Assembly (NCBI GenBank): GCA_951406725.2 | Contig: OX597816.1 | Coordinates: 167,090,001-167,154,000, forward strand | Reading direction: 5' to 3' | Length of the DNA stretch: 64,000 nt | Source: Octopus vulgaris | Taxonomy: Eukaryota | In this document: piece by piece, positions 24,799 through 37,200 of the stretch | Layout of the letters: the number at the start of each line of letters is the position of its first letter | Numbering within the stretch: the stretch's first letter is position 1 | Program-made: the position numbers and the translations under genes | Notes under the pieces: generated by a model | What the model was told of the DNA's origin: nothing | Database searches by the model: none | What the model saw: only the letters and a program-made list of their open reading frames with translations

Positions 24799-27700
24799 AA
24801 AATTTGATTTGTATAGCTCCCTAATCTTCTTTCAACTTATATATATGTATGTATATAGCTACGTGTTTGTGTTTTTTATAAAATGTATGTTTAAATCATC
24901 ATCATCATCGTTTAACGTCCGCTTTCCTTGCTAGCATGGGTTGGACGGTTCAACTGGGGTCTGGGAAGCTTGAAGGCTGCACCAGGCCAGTCAGATCTGG
25001 CAGTGTTTCTACAGCTGGATGCCCTTCCTAACGCCAACCACTCCGAGAGTGTAGTGGGTGATTTTATGTGCCACCGACACATATGTTTATATCTTTGTAA
25101 GCCTAGTACTTATTCTATCGGACTCTTTAGCTGAACTACTAAGTTACGGGGGATGTAAATACACCAGTATTGGTTGTCAAGTGATAGGGTGTGTATGGTG
25201 GGGGGGCGGACAAACCTACATACACATATATAGATACAATGAGCTTCTTTCAATTTCCGTCTACCAAATCCATTCACAAGGCTTTGGTTGGCCTGAGGCT
25301 ATAGTAGAAGGCACTTGCCCAAGGTGCATGTAGTAGAACTGAACCTGGAACCATGTGGTTGGTAAGCAAGCTACTTACCACACAGCCACTCCTGTGCCTG
25401 TCCAACCCATGCCAGCATGGAAAACAGACGTTAAACGATGATGATGATCATAATCATCATCATTTAATGTTCACTTTCTATGCTGGCATGAGTGGGACGG
25501 TTTGACAGGAGCCGTCCAGGCAGAAACCTGCACCAGATTTCTGTGACTGTTTTGGCAGGATTTTTACAGCTGCATGCCCTTCCTAACATCGGCCACTCAG
25601 CAGAGTGGACTACTACGCACGAACATCTGCTGAGCTCAGCAGATGTGTGTGTCTGTGTGTCTCTGGTTCTGTTTCCTCATTTTGACATTGCATCATTGTT
25701 GCTGCCATGGGTTTGATGGTTTGTCAGGAGCTGTGCCAGACTCCGTTGTCTGCTTGGCATGATAGTTGTAAATAAATGTCACAGTCATTTCCAATATTCT
25801 TCCAGAACATGTTTCGCAATGGGGGAAATATTACCTTGCTTGGAAACAGGTGAGGAGGGTAGACAGCAGGCAGGGCATCTGTTTGTAGAAAATATGCCTG
25901 AATAAACTTTCTCTGAATTTATTGAGATTTTCTACTGTCAAGCGAGGTAATATTTCCCCTTGGCCAGACATGTTTTGCACAGAAGACTGGTAATGAACAA
26001 CATAGCTTATGTGACATTTAAAACCATCATGTGATGTCAGGATAAGCGTATGTACACACACACACACACACACACACAATGAGCTTCTTTCAGTGTTTGT
26101 GTACCAAATTGATTGATAAAGCTTTGGTTGGCCTGGAGCCATGCCTCCAACTTTGATAATTGATTGTTTAAAATGAGGTCAAGTTCTCCTTTAAGCATTT
26201 CTCACTGAAAATATATAATGTTGTCTTTTTCTTTTTCTCTCTTAACAAGGGTTGCCTTTCATGTTAAATTATAGAGGTTTCTTTTAAAATACACCCCTTG
26301 ATGTTTACAGCAAAGGAGACCACCCCACCACTCAACTCAGACTTTTTGAAATCTTATTCATTATTCAGAGTTATATATATTTCCTGTCTTGTCATATGTT
26401 AATTAACTTGATTTGTTCTACTTGATTAACTTTAGGATGGGATTAGCTCACCCATGGCAATATTTGTCTATTTATTTGCTGGGGTCATCATTAGTTTAGC
26501 TGTATTTGTGTTTCGCTGTTTGAACTGATAAACCCTACACGTTAAAAGTTCCGCTTCATTCATCTGCATTGCGTCTGTTCTTTGAACCAATTTGAATGAG
26601 AAGCAGTGTTTTTATGTAGTTTCACACACCGTCTAGTTAATCATCATCATCATTCAACCAAACCTTTGTAAGTGGATTTGGTAGAAGCTTGTTGTGTGTG
26701 TGTTGGTTGCGGGGAGGCTTGTTCCGATACAAATGAGCATCACCACCATACAAGAAATATTTGTAGTTTTCTGCAAGAAACATGTCTGACTATGGGAGAA
26801 GTGGATGATGGTGATGATGATGATGTTTTATGCTAGTATGGGTTGGATGGTTTGGCAGGATCAAATGAGACCAAAGGCTGCATCGTACTCCCATGTCTAC
26901 TTTAGCATGGTTTCTCCAGTTGAATGCCCTTAATGCATTGTCACTATGCAGCCTACAAGACTAAGGCCCTCTTTGACTGAGCAGGGCCATAGTAGAAAGG
27001 GTGGTGTTTTTATGCTATGAGATCGAAGGGTAAAAGTGTGAGAGAAGGGCCAGAACAGAACAGATTTGTTGCTGTGGAGGAGTTACAATGTTTCTCACAT
27101 TATAGAAGAGAAGGTGATAGTGGTCGAACTAGAATGAGATAGAAACAGTGGTAATGAGGTGTCAGGGTGGACCCTGCAAGTTATGAAGTGAGGATAGGAA
27201 GTGTAGATGGATACTGTGTGTTTGTGTGTACAATTGTACATATATTACCTTAGTACCTCTGAGGGAATTTTCAGGGCTGGTTCTTATCTCTAATTTCACA
27301 ATCTACAACAAGGCTCAGAGAAAATTCTTTCTATGGATAGGACACCAGTCTATTTTTATGTCAGCTTTCCAGATTATTTGATTGCCACCTCAGTCAAACT
27401 GTCCAGCCCATGCCAGCATGTATGGTAACAAAAAGGTTAAGGTTGTTCTATTTAATATGTTTGGTTGTTATTTTCATGCTGTTTTAACGTGGTGGAGCTT
27501 GTATTTAGAATAAATGACTTGACCTGAAGTATGTTTGCAAGCTCTAATGACTATCAGAATGAGAGATAAGATATACAAACACACAAAGACAGGCTATTCA
27601 AATAAGGAGAGAGAGAGAAAGAAAGAAATAGATGTAAAAAAAACAAAACTAGACTCAATGGAATAATATTCCTTTGTTGATAAAGATATGGTACTTCTTT

Positions 27701-30621
27701 CTTACACAAAGGACTAATTTATTCATTTACTGAAGTTATTTTCTCTTTGCATGATCATATATTACTGACACCCATCATTCCTTCCTTATATTCCCTAGCT
27801 CTATCTCTTCCAACACTAAGTCATCATATAACTGTCTATCACTCTCTGTCTTTCTCTCTCTCTCTCTCTCTTTATTTTCATTAATCTCTTCTACCACTTT
27901 CAGTCTTATCTCTCTGGTTCTATCTTATTCTTTCTAATTTACATCTCTTCTTCATTCACTATGCCCAGCTCTCACTCCCCAATCCTGTCCTCACACCCCT
28001 GCTCCTCTGTATCATTGCTATCCAGTAGCCCCTCCAACTCTATATATACCTAGGTCTTTCTCGCTGCTTACTCATACTCTTTAATCACACTCCCTTCACA
28101 ATATCCTGCCACTTATATTATGGCATTTGAACCTCATGGGTATGCTCTGGCATTTGCCACCATTTGTATCTCTCTCTTCCTTTACTCAACCATTTCATTT
28201 ATACTCTGAATATCATTCCTTGTGAGCATGCTTAGCATTTTGTGACCATCTCCATCCTGCAGTCTCCCAAACCGACTCTTTCTCTCTCTCTCTTGCACTT
28301 CCCTCAGACTGTGCAACTGTATTTTCTTTGTGGTAGCACACCTGTTGCTGTTTTCATCCTTGATCTTCGGCTGAGTAACCTTGTACTTCCTCTTCAGCAA
28401 GACACCTGTATCTGTCACACTATAACCTTTTCATCATCACCTCCTCCAATGCTTCCTCCCCTCTTAAAAGTTTTTGTCTTGCAAGGTACTTGGTGACCCT
28501 GTCAGTGCAGGTACCATTTAAAAGCACTCAGTCCACACTGTAAAGTGGTTGGAGTTAGGAAGAGCATTCAGCTGTGAAAACCTTGCCAAAACTGACCTTG
28601 TTTGTGCTTGTGCCATGTAGAAAGCACTAATTCCCCTCTGTTGAGTGGCTGGTGTTAGGAAGGGCATCCAGCTGTAAAAATCCTGCCAAAACAGTCACAG
28701 AAGGCTCTTGTGAAACCATCCCACCCATGCCAGCATGGAACATGGACGTTAAATGATGATGGTGATGATGAGTACCACCCTCCCATTGCAGGTTCTCCTA
28801 TTTCTCTCCTTTTTACTGCCTTGCTCTTCTGTTCAATCACCTGGCTGTCTCTCTGTTTTAACCCCTTTACCAACAGTTATTATGCGGCCATTCACCCCCC
28901 TCTCTTTCCTCTATCACTGCCTGTTTTCTCTCACTCCAGTAACATCGATCAATAATAAGACACCCATTTCTTCTGTCTATCATAGTTTAACTTCTCATCA
29001 CCTGGCATGAAGCCACATCCTTTGATATGATTCCCCCTCTCAGTTGAGGAGCCTTTGTGTTGCAAGCTACTTGGTGACCTTGCTACTGCTTGTACTGTGT
29101 AAAAAGCACTCTTTACGCTCTGTAAAGTGGTTGGCATTAGGAAGGGCATCCAACCAAAGAAACCATGTCCAAAACTGATACCTTGGCGTGATCCTTTAGC
29201 TCACCAGTTTCTATTAAACCATCCAACCCATGCCAGTATGGATAACAGATATTTAAGTATGTGAGACAACTTCAGACATAGTTTGGTCTTATTCTAACCT
29301 CATCAGCCAGTCATTGTTTCGCCATATTTGTCAAAGCAGTGATGAATGAATCACTAAATGCATGCATAATTTGTTGGTTTAGAAAAATAGAATTATTTAG
29401 AGAATAAAGAATTTGCCAGTACCATTTACATGAAAACCAAACAGTTAAGTTAGCATAGCCATATTTAATGCTGATATATCTACATGAATAAAAACATGTT
29501 GATGATTGTTATTTTAGGAGTTAGTAATTTCATCGGCCATGCTCGAATGGTGCTTTTCACATGCCACCGGCACAGGTACTAGTCAGCCTGCACTGACATT
29601 GGCCACGCTCAAGTGATGCATTTTACGTGCCATGCTTGAATGGTGCTTTTTTTTTTTTGGCTAACTTTAGAACTAGAGGATTGTATCATAGTACTAGAGA
29701 TGGACCAGTGCAGGTTGGTATCAAAAAGGTTAATTGGATATTAGGGAATTTGGCTTTAGCTCAAATGATGACCTAGACAATTTCCTTATTGGCATAAGTG
29801 ATAGTGGTCATAATGACAAGTCTTTAGAAATTCCTAATGCCAACCACTTTACAGTGTGTAATGGGTGCTTTTTGTGTGGCACCCGCACTTCTGTGTAAAT
29901 ATGTCTCAAGCCATGAAAAATATTACTTTGCTTGGAAATGGGTGAGGGTTGGCAACAGGAAGAGCATCCAACTAAAAAAAACCTGCTTCAACAGCCTCCA
30001 TCCAGCCAATGTGGGTGTGGAAAAGTGGACATTAGAACGATGATGATATTAAGTTATTAAAAGGCAAAAAAGCATGTATACATGATTGCAGGAAGTTAAA
30101 TAGTTTACGGTGCTATCTGATGTCAGTCTTGTGTTGCAGCAACTTTTGAGGCAATTAAGATTGAAATGCTTGCCATGTGCAAATATTTATACATGTTCCC
30201 TGAAGTTGCTTTTGTAGTTTTGGTTAAACACACACACACACACACACACACACAGTCTCTCTGTGTGTTCCTGTCTGTCTGTGTGTGTCTCTCTCTCATG
30301 TTTCAAATTCAAAGAAATAGGAACCATTTTTACAGCATTATGGTGAGATCATGTGACACTAAAATCAAACATCTGCTAACAATTGTTAATTTATTTACTG
30401 TTCCTCTACTTCACCTCACTCCCACCCTGTGCTCATACTATGCAAGAAGACTATATGCAAAACCACAGACTCTGCTAGTATTGAGAAAGATATATATATA
30501 TATATGTGTGCAGTCTAATCTAACCCATGCTAGGATTGAAAAACAGATGCAAAATGAATGATACATTCACAGTGGTTATATATATATATATATAGGCAGA
30601 CACATGTGTGTGTATATATAT

Positions 30622-31042
30622 AGGACATACTCTATGGAGAGCTTGCTGGGGGCACTAGGTCTGTGGGAAGACCGTTCTTATGTTACAAGGATGTTTGCAA
30701 AAGGGACATGAAGGCCTGCAACATCAATATTAGCAACTGGGAAGCAGCTGCCAGCAACCGTGGAGATTGGCGACGTACCGTAAAAGAGGGAACACAAAGG
30801 AGTGAGAGAGGAGAAATGGAAAGACAAGAAAAGACGTCAACAAGAAACTATGACATTACAACCAGCCAGGAACAGTCTTCGCTACATTTGCGGCACCTGC
30901 CAAAGGGAGTGTTTGTCCAGGATAGAACTACACAGCCACAGCAGGAAATGTATTAGGATATGAAATGTAAAAGCCTGACTAGATTATTTTATGCGCAACT
31001 CCATTGTCTCCCAAGACAAAAAGGATGCCAACCAACCAACCA
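30622..31042 (+). mobile_element. RTE-clade LINE 3' end with C-terminal C2H2 finger and (CCAA)n tail
   Basis: DILYGELAGGTRSVGRPFLCYKDVCKRDMKAC...WEAAASNRGDWR; after a frameshift YICGTCQRECLSRIELHSHSRKC. Confidence 0.9.
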
Positions 31043-31081
31043 ATATTTATATATATACACACACGTATAAATAAATGTATA

Positions 31082-31315
31082 TAATAATGAACTTATTTTA
31101 TACAGTGCTGAGATGCATTACAACTCATCAGAAAGAAAATAACCAAAACTGCATGAACAATACGCACAGAAAGTGAACAGAGAATGAGTAGGTGGGGGTG
31201 GGGCATCAGGTATACTGTTGGCAAATGCTGAGAAGCATGGAACCTTTGAAGGGTGCAGTGTCCTGAAATCTAACAGCTGTTTCTGAAAGTCATAGGTGCT
31301 CTGTTTTCTTGATTT
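31082..31315 (-). mobile_element. CR1-group LINE 3' end, same family as 3050-3552, internally deleted
   Basis: The reverse complement aligns by eye to 3235-3550 (cactgcacccttcaaaggttccatgctt...agcactgtataaaataagttcattatt). Confidence 0.7.
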
Positions 31316-31477
31316 TAATAAGCTTGTCCCTGAGTATTAGATTTGTATGTTTTGCTTGATGTATGTATTCTCATGCATATAGTTGCATATCTAGATATGC
31401 TCATGTATATTTAAATTATAAACTTTCAGAAAGTTATACAGATTTTTATAGTTCCAGTGATGGATTAGATCTGTAGT

Positions 31478-31519
<42 letters not shown>

Positions 31520-31633
31520 CAAAGTGGATGACAGAAGGCTTTGTGAAGTGGAAAAAGCCTTTCTATATCATTGCAAACTTTTTTTTGAAAAACTATAACA
31601 TTTACAAAAAAATATAACATTATCAATTTATTT

Positions 31634-31719
31634 GGCCTCTGATGAGAGAAGTGAGACTATTTGTATTGGCTGGAAAACTTGCCCAATACAAACGCATTCC
31701 TCGAAACAATCATGAGGTT
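31634..31719 (+). ncRNA. Decayed type I hammerhead ribozyme with long stem II
   Basis: ggcct-CTGATGA-gag[hairpin tttgtattgg/ccaatacaaa]ctc-GAAA-caatca-tg-aggtt. The cleavage triplet is non-canonical. Confidence 0.65.
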
Positions 31720-31928
31720 TTCTAATACTGTCTTCCTTTGGATTGCAATATCGAAGCGCCTGAAACTTAACATTTCGATGAACTTCTTATATATTTTGTA
31801 TTCCCATGATAAAGGAACTTGACCTACGATACTCTGTCATCCACTTTAATTTGTTATATTTTGTTCATATTGAGCAGTTATTAGGTGCGCTGCGACAAAG
31901 GTTTTCCTTTTTTCTTATTGTATGTATG

Positions 31929-31959
<31 letters not shown>

Positions 31960-32199
31960 ATATTTCTCTCAAGTGTTTCAGCAGGTGTCTTTTTTTTTTT
32001 GTTTTTACATATGTATTGGTCATTACTTGTTTCAACAGATGTGTGTGTACTTAAATTTTTTGTTGTGGGAGGGTTTTACCTGTGTCATTGAGTGTATTTA
32101 ACCATCTTGTAAAACACCTGTGTGTGTGTTACTGTTTGATGTTTACCTTTGCGCTGTCTTCTTTTGCAAGTAAACTGTTTGCATTAAAGATTTGACTGC

Positions 32200-32465
32200 T
32201 ATTTTCGCTGTTTGATCAACCACAAAGAAGTCCCCTACATTAACTCAAACAACATCAAATTTTTATGACTGGAAGTTGGCTTCCCTCAGTCATGCATATT
32301 TTTTTGTCTTTGAAAACTTGTGCTTCTATTCTATTTTCAAACAGCATTGTGAGTTCAATCAAAATCAGTTGCTTTAACGAACTGGAATGGGGTATGATAT
32401 CCAGCATCAAGCCACCTTTCCTGATGATTTCTGGTGGTTTGGTTATACTTTCAATGAAATAAATT
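32200..32465 (-). mobile_element. RLE-type non-LTR retrotransposon (HERO/NeSL-like) endonuclease fragment
   Basis: PPEIIRKGGLMLDIIPHSSSLKQLILIELTMLFENRIE resembles RPDIVLWS...KQVILIELTVPWEERIE. Confidence 0.65.
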
Positions 32466-33146
32466 CACTGTGATAGTTCCTTTCGAGTGTTGGGCCTCAC
32501 AGACGCAACGACTGAGACCTTTGGCATTATTTCATGCTTGAGAAGAAGACCCATCAAGCTGAGCAGAATCGCATTCATGGCAGATTCTGGTGCCATGCAA
32601 ATTGGCACCCATGCTAGTGGCACATAAATGCACTCCAGTGTCACACAAATAGCGTCCTTGCTGGTGTCAAGTAAAACCACCCATTACACTCTTGGAGTGG
32701 TTGGCATTAGGAAGGGCATCCAGACTTAGAAAACCGTGCCAAATGAGACTGGAGTCTGGTACAGCCTTCTGGTGTGCCAGCCCTGATCAAACCATCCAAC
32801 ACATGCCAGCATGGACAACGGAAGTTAATTGATGATGATAATGACTTGCCTAGTGTCATGCAGTGGGTTTGAACTTGAAACCACATGGTTGAGAAGTAAA
32901 CCTTTTTAACCACACAGCCATGCTTGAAATAATCAGATAAAATCATTAAATTCCTCACATGAAAGCATATCATTCCCTCAGGGCGGTGGTGGTGAAAGGG
33001 ACTGGCTGAATATAAGGCCAGAATGCCTTTTACTTCATATTGTCACTGAGAATTTTCATTACATTCTTTAGTTGAGGGCAATGGTGATGGGGGCGAGTAT
33101 CATTTAAAAGGGTTTGTTATTTTCATTGATGGTGCAGAATGTAGGC

Positions 33147-33173
33147 TGACTTTTGACTTCTGACCTCTGACAC
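33147..33173 (-). promoter_or_regulatory. Array of nuclear-receptor half-sites in DR1 spacing
   Basis: The - strand reads GTGTCA-g-AGGTCA-g-AAGTCA-a-AAGTCA, within a unique, GC-richer island (33000-33600). Confidence 0.4.
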
Positions 33174-33775
33174 CTCTGTTACTTTTGCTTGTTGGACCCC
33201 TCTCTCAGCCAGTCTGTCTGTTACTGTCAATGTCATCATCATCATGCAGTTCTTTTAAGCCTGAAAATCTATCACCCGGCCCCCTCCCACCCCTGAAACA
33301 ATACCCCCTCCTCCTTGGGAGGTGACAACCCAAAATGAAGGCGGGCAGTAATGTGGTGTAAGGTTAAACTGGAATTTGCTCACACACCAGACTTTCTGTC
33401 GGGGTATGTCATGTCCCTGATAAAGATTGGGGGAAATACATACGGTGGGGAGGTGGGTAGATGACATTGCATGACAGGTGTCACCATTAGATGAGAGAGA
33501 GAGATCTACTCTTGTTGTAAACCCCTTCACTACCTGGGGTTCTGTAGTGTTAGATCACATTTCTCACTACACTACTGCTACCGTCATCACCGCCACCACC
33601 ACCTTTTTCATTATTTTTACCTGAAAAATGACCCTCCTCTCTCCTCACTTTGTCATCATTGCCAACTATTTGTCTGGTTGTTCAAAATTGAGAAATAGCA
33701 GCTAAATTTCCCTCATATACACGTTTCTTAGAATATACAGGTCATATTAGATAGTGTAGTTCTCTGTCTCCTCCA

Positions 33776-33815
<40 letters not shown>

Positions 33816-34223
33816 AAAAAATGAAGTTCGAAAATGCTGCTGTATTATACAATTTTTAATTTTTATATATACATTATAACATGTTTCAGTTCCTGAAATG
33901 AACCTTATCAAAAAAAGTTATATATAAAAAGAGACAGCTCTTGCCGTCAAACACAAGAAATTTATTTATAATACACAACGGAGTCAGACATCTTAGAGTT
34001 CATGTATAGTTGATATATAGTTCATGTATAGTTGATATATAGTTTGAAGTATATGTTCAAAGTGTTCGATGCAGTGGCCCACGGTGGCGATACGTATTCA
34101 ATACAAAAAACAGATCAAAGTGGTGGAAAGCGGTCAATACAGAAGATTGATGTTTCCGAAAGAGCGAGGAATTCATTTTTACCTTAAGCAATTGTGATGA
34201 CCCATGGTGGAAGTTCGCTGGGT

Positions 34224-34280
<57 letters not shown>

Positions 34281-34281
<1 letters not shown>

Positions 34282-34450
34282 GGCACAGGAGTGGCTGTGT
34301 GGTAAGTAGCTTGCTTGCCAACCACATGATTCCAGGTTCAGTCCCACTGTGTGGCACAATGGGCAAGTGTTTTCTACTATAGCATCGGACCGACCAAAGC
34401 CTTGCGAGTGTATTTGGTAGACAGAAACTGAAAGAAGCCCATCGTGTATG

Positions 34451-34495
<45 letters not shown>

Positions 34496-34700
34496 ATGTC
34501 TGTGTTTGTCACCCCCCCCCCACCATCGCTTGACATCTGATGTTGATGTGTTTACATCCCCATAACTTAGTGGTTTGGCAAAAGTGACCGATAGTATAAG
34601 TACTAGGCTTACAAAGAATAAGTCCTGGGGTTGCTTTGTTTGACTAAAGGCTGTGCTCCAGCATGGCTGCAGTCAAACGACTGAAACAAAACAATAAAAG
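34281..34700 (+). mobile_element. Full-length tRNA-derived SINE with an internal TA/TG microsatellite (over 20 whole or half copies in the window)
   Basis: Head aggagtggctgtgtggtaag...ggttcagtccc, body ending gaaagaagccc, microsatellite, then 3' half to gactgaaacaa. Other full copies at 14910-15310(-) and 56235-56612(-). Confidence 0.85.
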
Positions 34701-34734
34701 ACTATATATATATATACACACACTCACACACACA

Positions 34735-34953
34735 CGGAGCGGCAGATGTAACACCCTTTTTGCATTAAATAGCTTTTATAGCATATAAATGTTTATTAAG
34801 TAATTCTTTTATTGAACACAAATTTATTGCATTACTTAAAGAAACGAATAATAAACTAATGGAAAAAATTGCAGAAGTTTTAGGAAATAACAAAGATACT
34901 CAATTCGGAACTAGAAAACTCGAATACAAAATTGCGTTACTTCTGCCGCACTG
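34735..34953. mobile_element. Tc1/mariner-type MITE
   Basis: Imperfect TIRs cggagcggcagatgtaacac and (rc) cagtgcggcagaagtaacgc. TA TSD not preserved. Confidence 0.5.
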
Positions 34954-34997
34954 GGTTGGTATCAAAAGGGTTAAGAATTGTTTATTATATATTTTAA

Positions 34998-35197
34998 CCC
35001 TTTTGTTAGCATATTTCTGTTGAGATGCTCTGTGTTTCTTTCAATTAATTTTAAATATATCTTGAGAATTTAGTAAAATCACTTAGGTATCATTAAGCTA
35101 GTGTTAGGAACATAGATTGTGACTAAGGTTAGGTGGAAGATTTTAATCCAGAAAACAAGAGCCAGAGGCGGTTTCAGGCGGGTTGGTAACGAAAAGG
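34998..35197. mobile_element. piggyBac-type MITE (TTAA TSD)
   Basis: TTAA|cccttttgttagca ... ggtaacgaaaagg|TTAA. Same family at 41915-42137 (TTAA on both sides), 21510-21661, and fragments at 48640-49512. Confidence 0.8.
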
Positions 35198-36849
35198 TTA
35201 AGATTGACCTTAACATTAAGTGTTAAGTTCCATCTTACTTGAATTCCCAGTTTTTTGTTAAGTGCCCAGGCTGTTTCTTCATATAAAAGGACTGACTCTA
35301 CAGTTGTGTAAACTAAAGCATTATAAAGTATAGAGTGCTATCTAAATACAGATGTAAACATCTACAATAAGCATATGAATGCAAGACTTTATTGCTAATA
35401 GCCCAGTATTATGTTAATTTTGTTATTTTTCTTCTCTAATATAAGACTATGATGAAGAAGGAAGCTCTATGAAAGAGAAGGGGAGGAGTACTGCACACAG
35501 CATTAGAGTAATTTTGTTAACAAATCTCAGTGGGAAACTTATTTGGATTATGTTTAACAAATATAAGTTGAATATAGTTTTTAACAAAGGATAGTTACAG
35601 AGAAATATTGCAACTGGGAACTGCTTAAGTAGAATATGATAGACATCTTGTACAAATTAAGAATATTAAGGAATATGATTCCATTAACCATTTTTTTAAA
35701 GAATCTGAAGTATTATATCCATCAAATATAACAGTGAAAGGTTATGAACTCTTTGTACAAGCCTGAAGATTGTATAAACACGTGTGTGTGAATGTATATA
35801 TGGGTGTATATATCTGTGTGTGTGTGTGTGTGTGTATGTATATATATAAGTAGGAAGGCAGACAAACCACAAATCCCTTCAGGTAGATGGCCCTGCTAGA
35901 AAAGGCGTAGGTAGAAACTCCATAAGATGTACCAGTGTAAACTATGGACACGTAAGAGGTGCAGCAGTATCAAAGGAAGGCTAACTGGGAAGACAGCATG
36001 GAAAGCAGACGTTTAAACAATGATGATGATATATATCATCATCATTTAGTGTCTGCTTTCCATGCTAGCATGGGTTGGACAGTTCAACTGGGGTCTGTGA
36101 AGCCAGAAGGCTGCATCAGGCCCAGTCTGATCAGGCAGTGTTTCTACGGCTGGATGCCCTTGCTAATGCCAACCACTCCGTAAGTGTAGTGGGTGCTTTT
36201 TACGTGCCACCCGCACACACATATATATATATTCACTCATACACACATACACAATTGTCATGATGATGATGCTTATTGAAGCAGAAATGCATGGCCATGT
36301 CTCTCTTATCTCCAGACAATAAATCTGTTTCCTTTTCCTTAATGGAATGTCAGTTTTGGAGAATTCTTGAGATTATTTTCTCTTTTCATGGGTTGGACTG
36401 TTTGACAGGATTCACTGGGTCTGAGGACTGCATCATGCTTCACTCTCTATTTCAGCATGTTTTTATGGATGGATACCACACACTGGGTGTTGTTTTCATG
36501 CCACTCACACTTGGGGTTCATAGTCCTGAAACTCACCGGACTATGAACCCCAAGGAAGGTGGGGGAGCAGATTTATGTTAGGGGATGAAGGGTTAAAGTA
36601 TGAGAGAGGATAGGAAGTAGAGCAGGTTCTTGTAGAGGATCTGCATGACTACTCGTTTGTGTGTGTAGCTTCTGTCATATCATATATAGAGCATAGGGTG
36701 TCTATTATATAGTTTAGCAAATGTAGAAATGTTTGTGTGTTGATACCTAAACCTTGGAGCACATTTTCTGTAGCCTCAGAGAGGGGTGCTATAGCTGGAG
36801 GTGTGGCCTAGTCTTGAATTTCATAGCAGACAACATTTGCAGATACCAG

Positions 36850-37200
36850 CTGTCAGGTCCACCTCCCTGGACTTACTTGCAGCAACAAAAAGATGGAGTT
36901 GGAAGTTGATCTGGAGAAGCAGCTGAAATTCCCAAAAAATTTTAATCTCAACGTCACTAAACCAGATATGATGCTGATCTTAGAAGCATCCAACCAGGTG
37001 CTTTTCTGTTTGAATTCTCCATTCCCTGGCAGAACCAATTTCAGGAGGTGAATGAGAATAAGAGAATTAAACACACTGACCTGGTAGAGCTATAATGAAG
37101 CAGCCGATGGCAAGCATAGTGTAATTCCATTGAGCTGGTATGCAAAGGCTTTGAAGGTTAGTTCTTCAGAAGAGCCTACAATATGTTGGGCATCAGAAGA
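36850..37200 (+). mobile_element. HERO-like non-LTR retrotransposon RLE fragment (stops and frameshifts)
   Basis: LEVDLEKQLKFP...SLKPDMMLILEASNQV...IPWQNQFQEVNENKRIKHTDLVE...WQA*CNSIELVCKGF...RAYNMLGI follows the PD-(D/E)xK RLE motif order. Confidence 0.8.
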
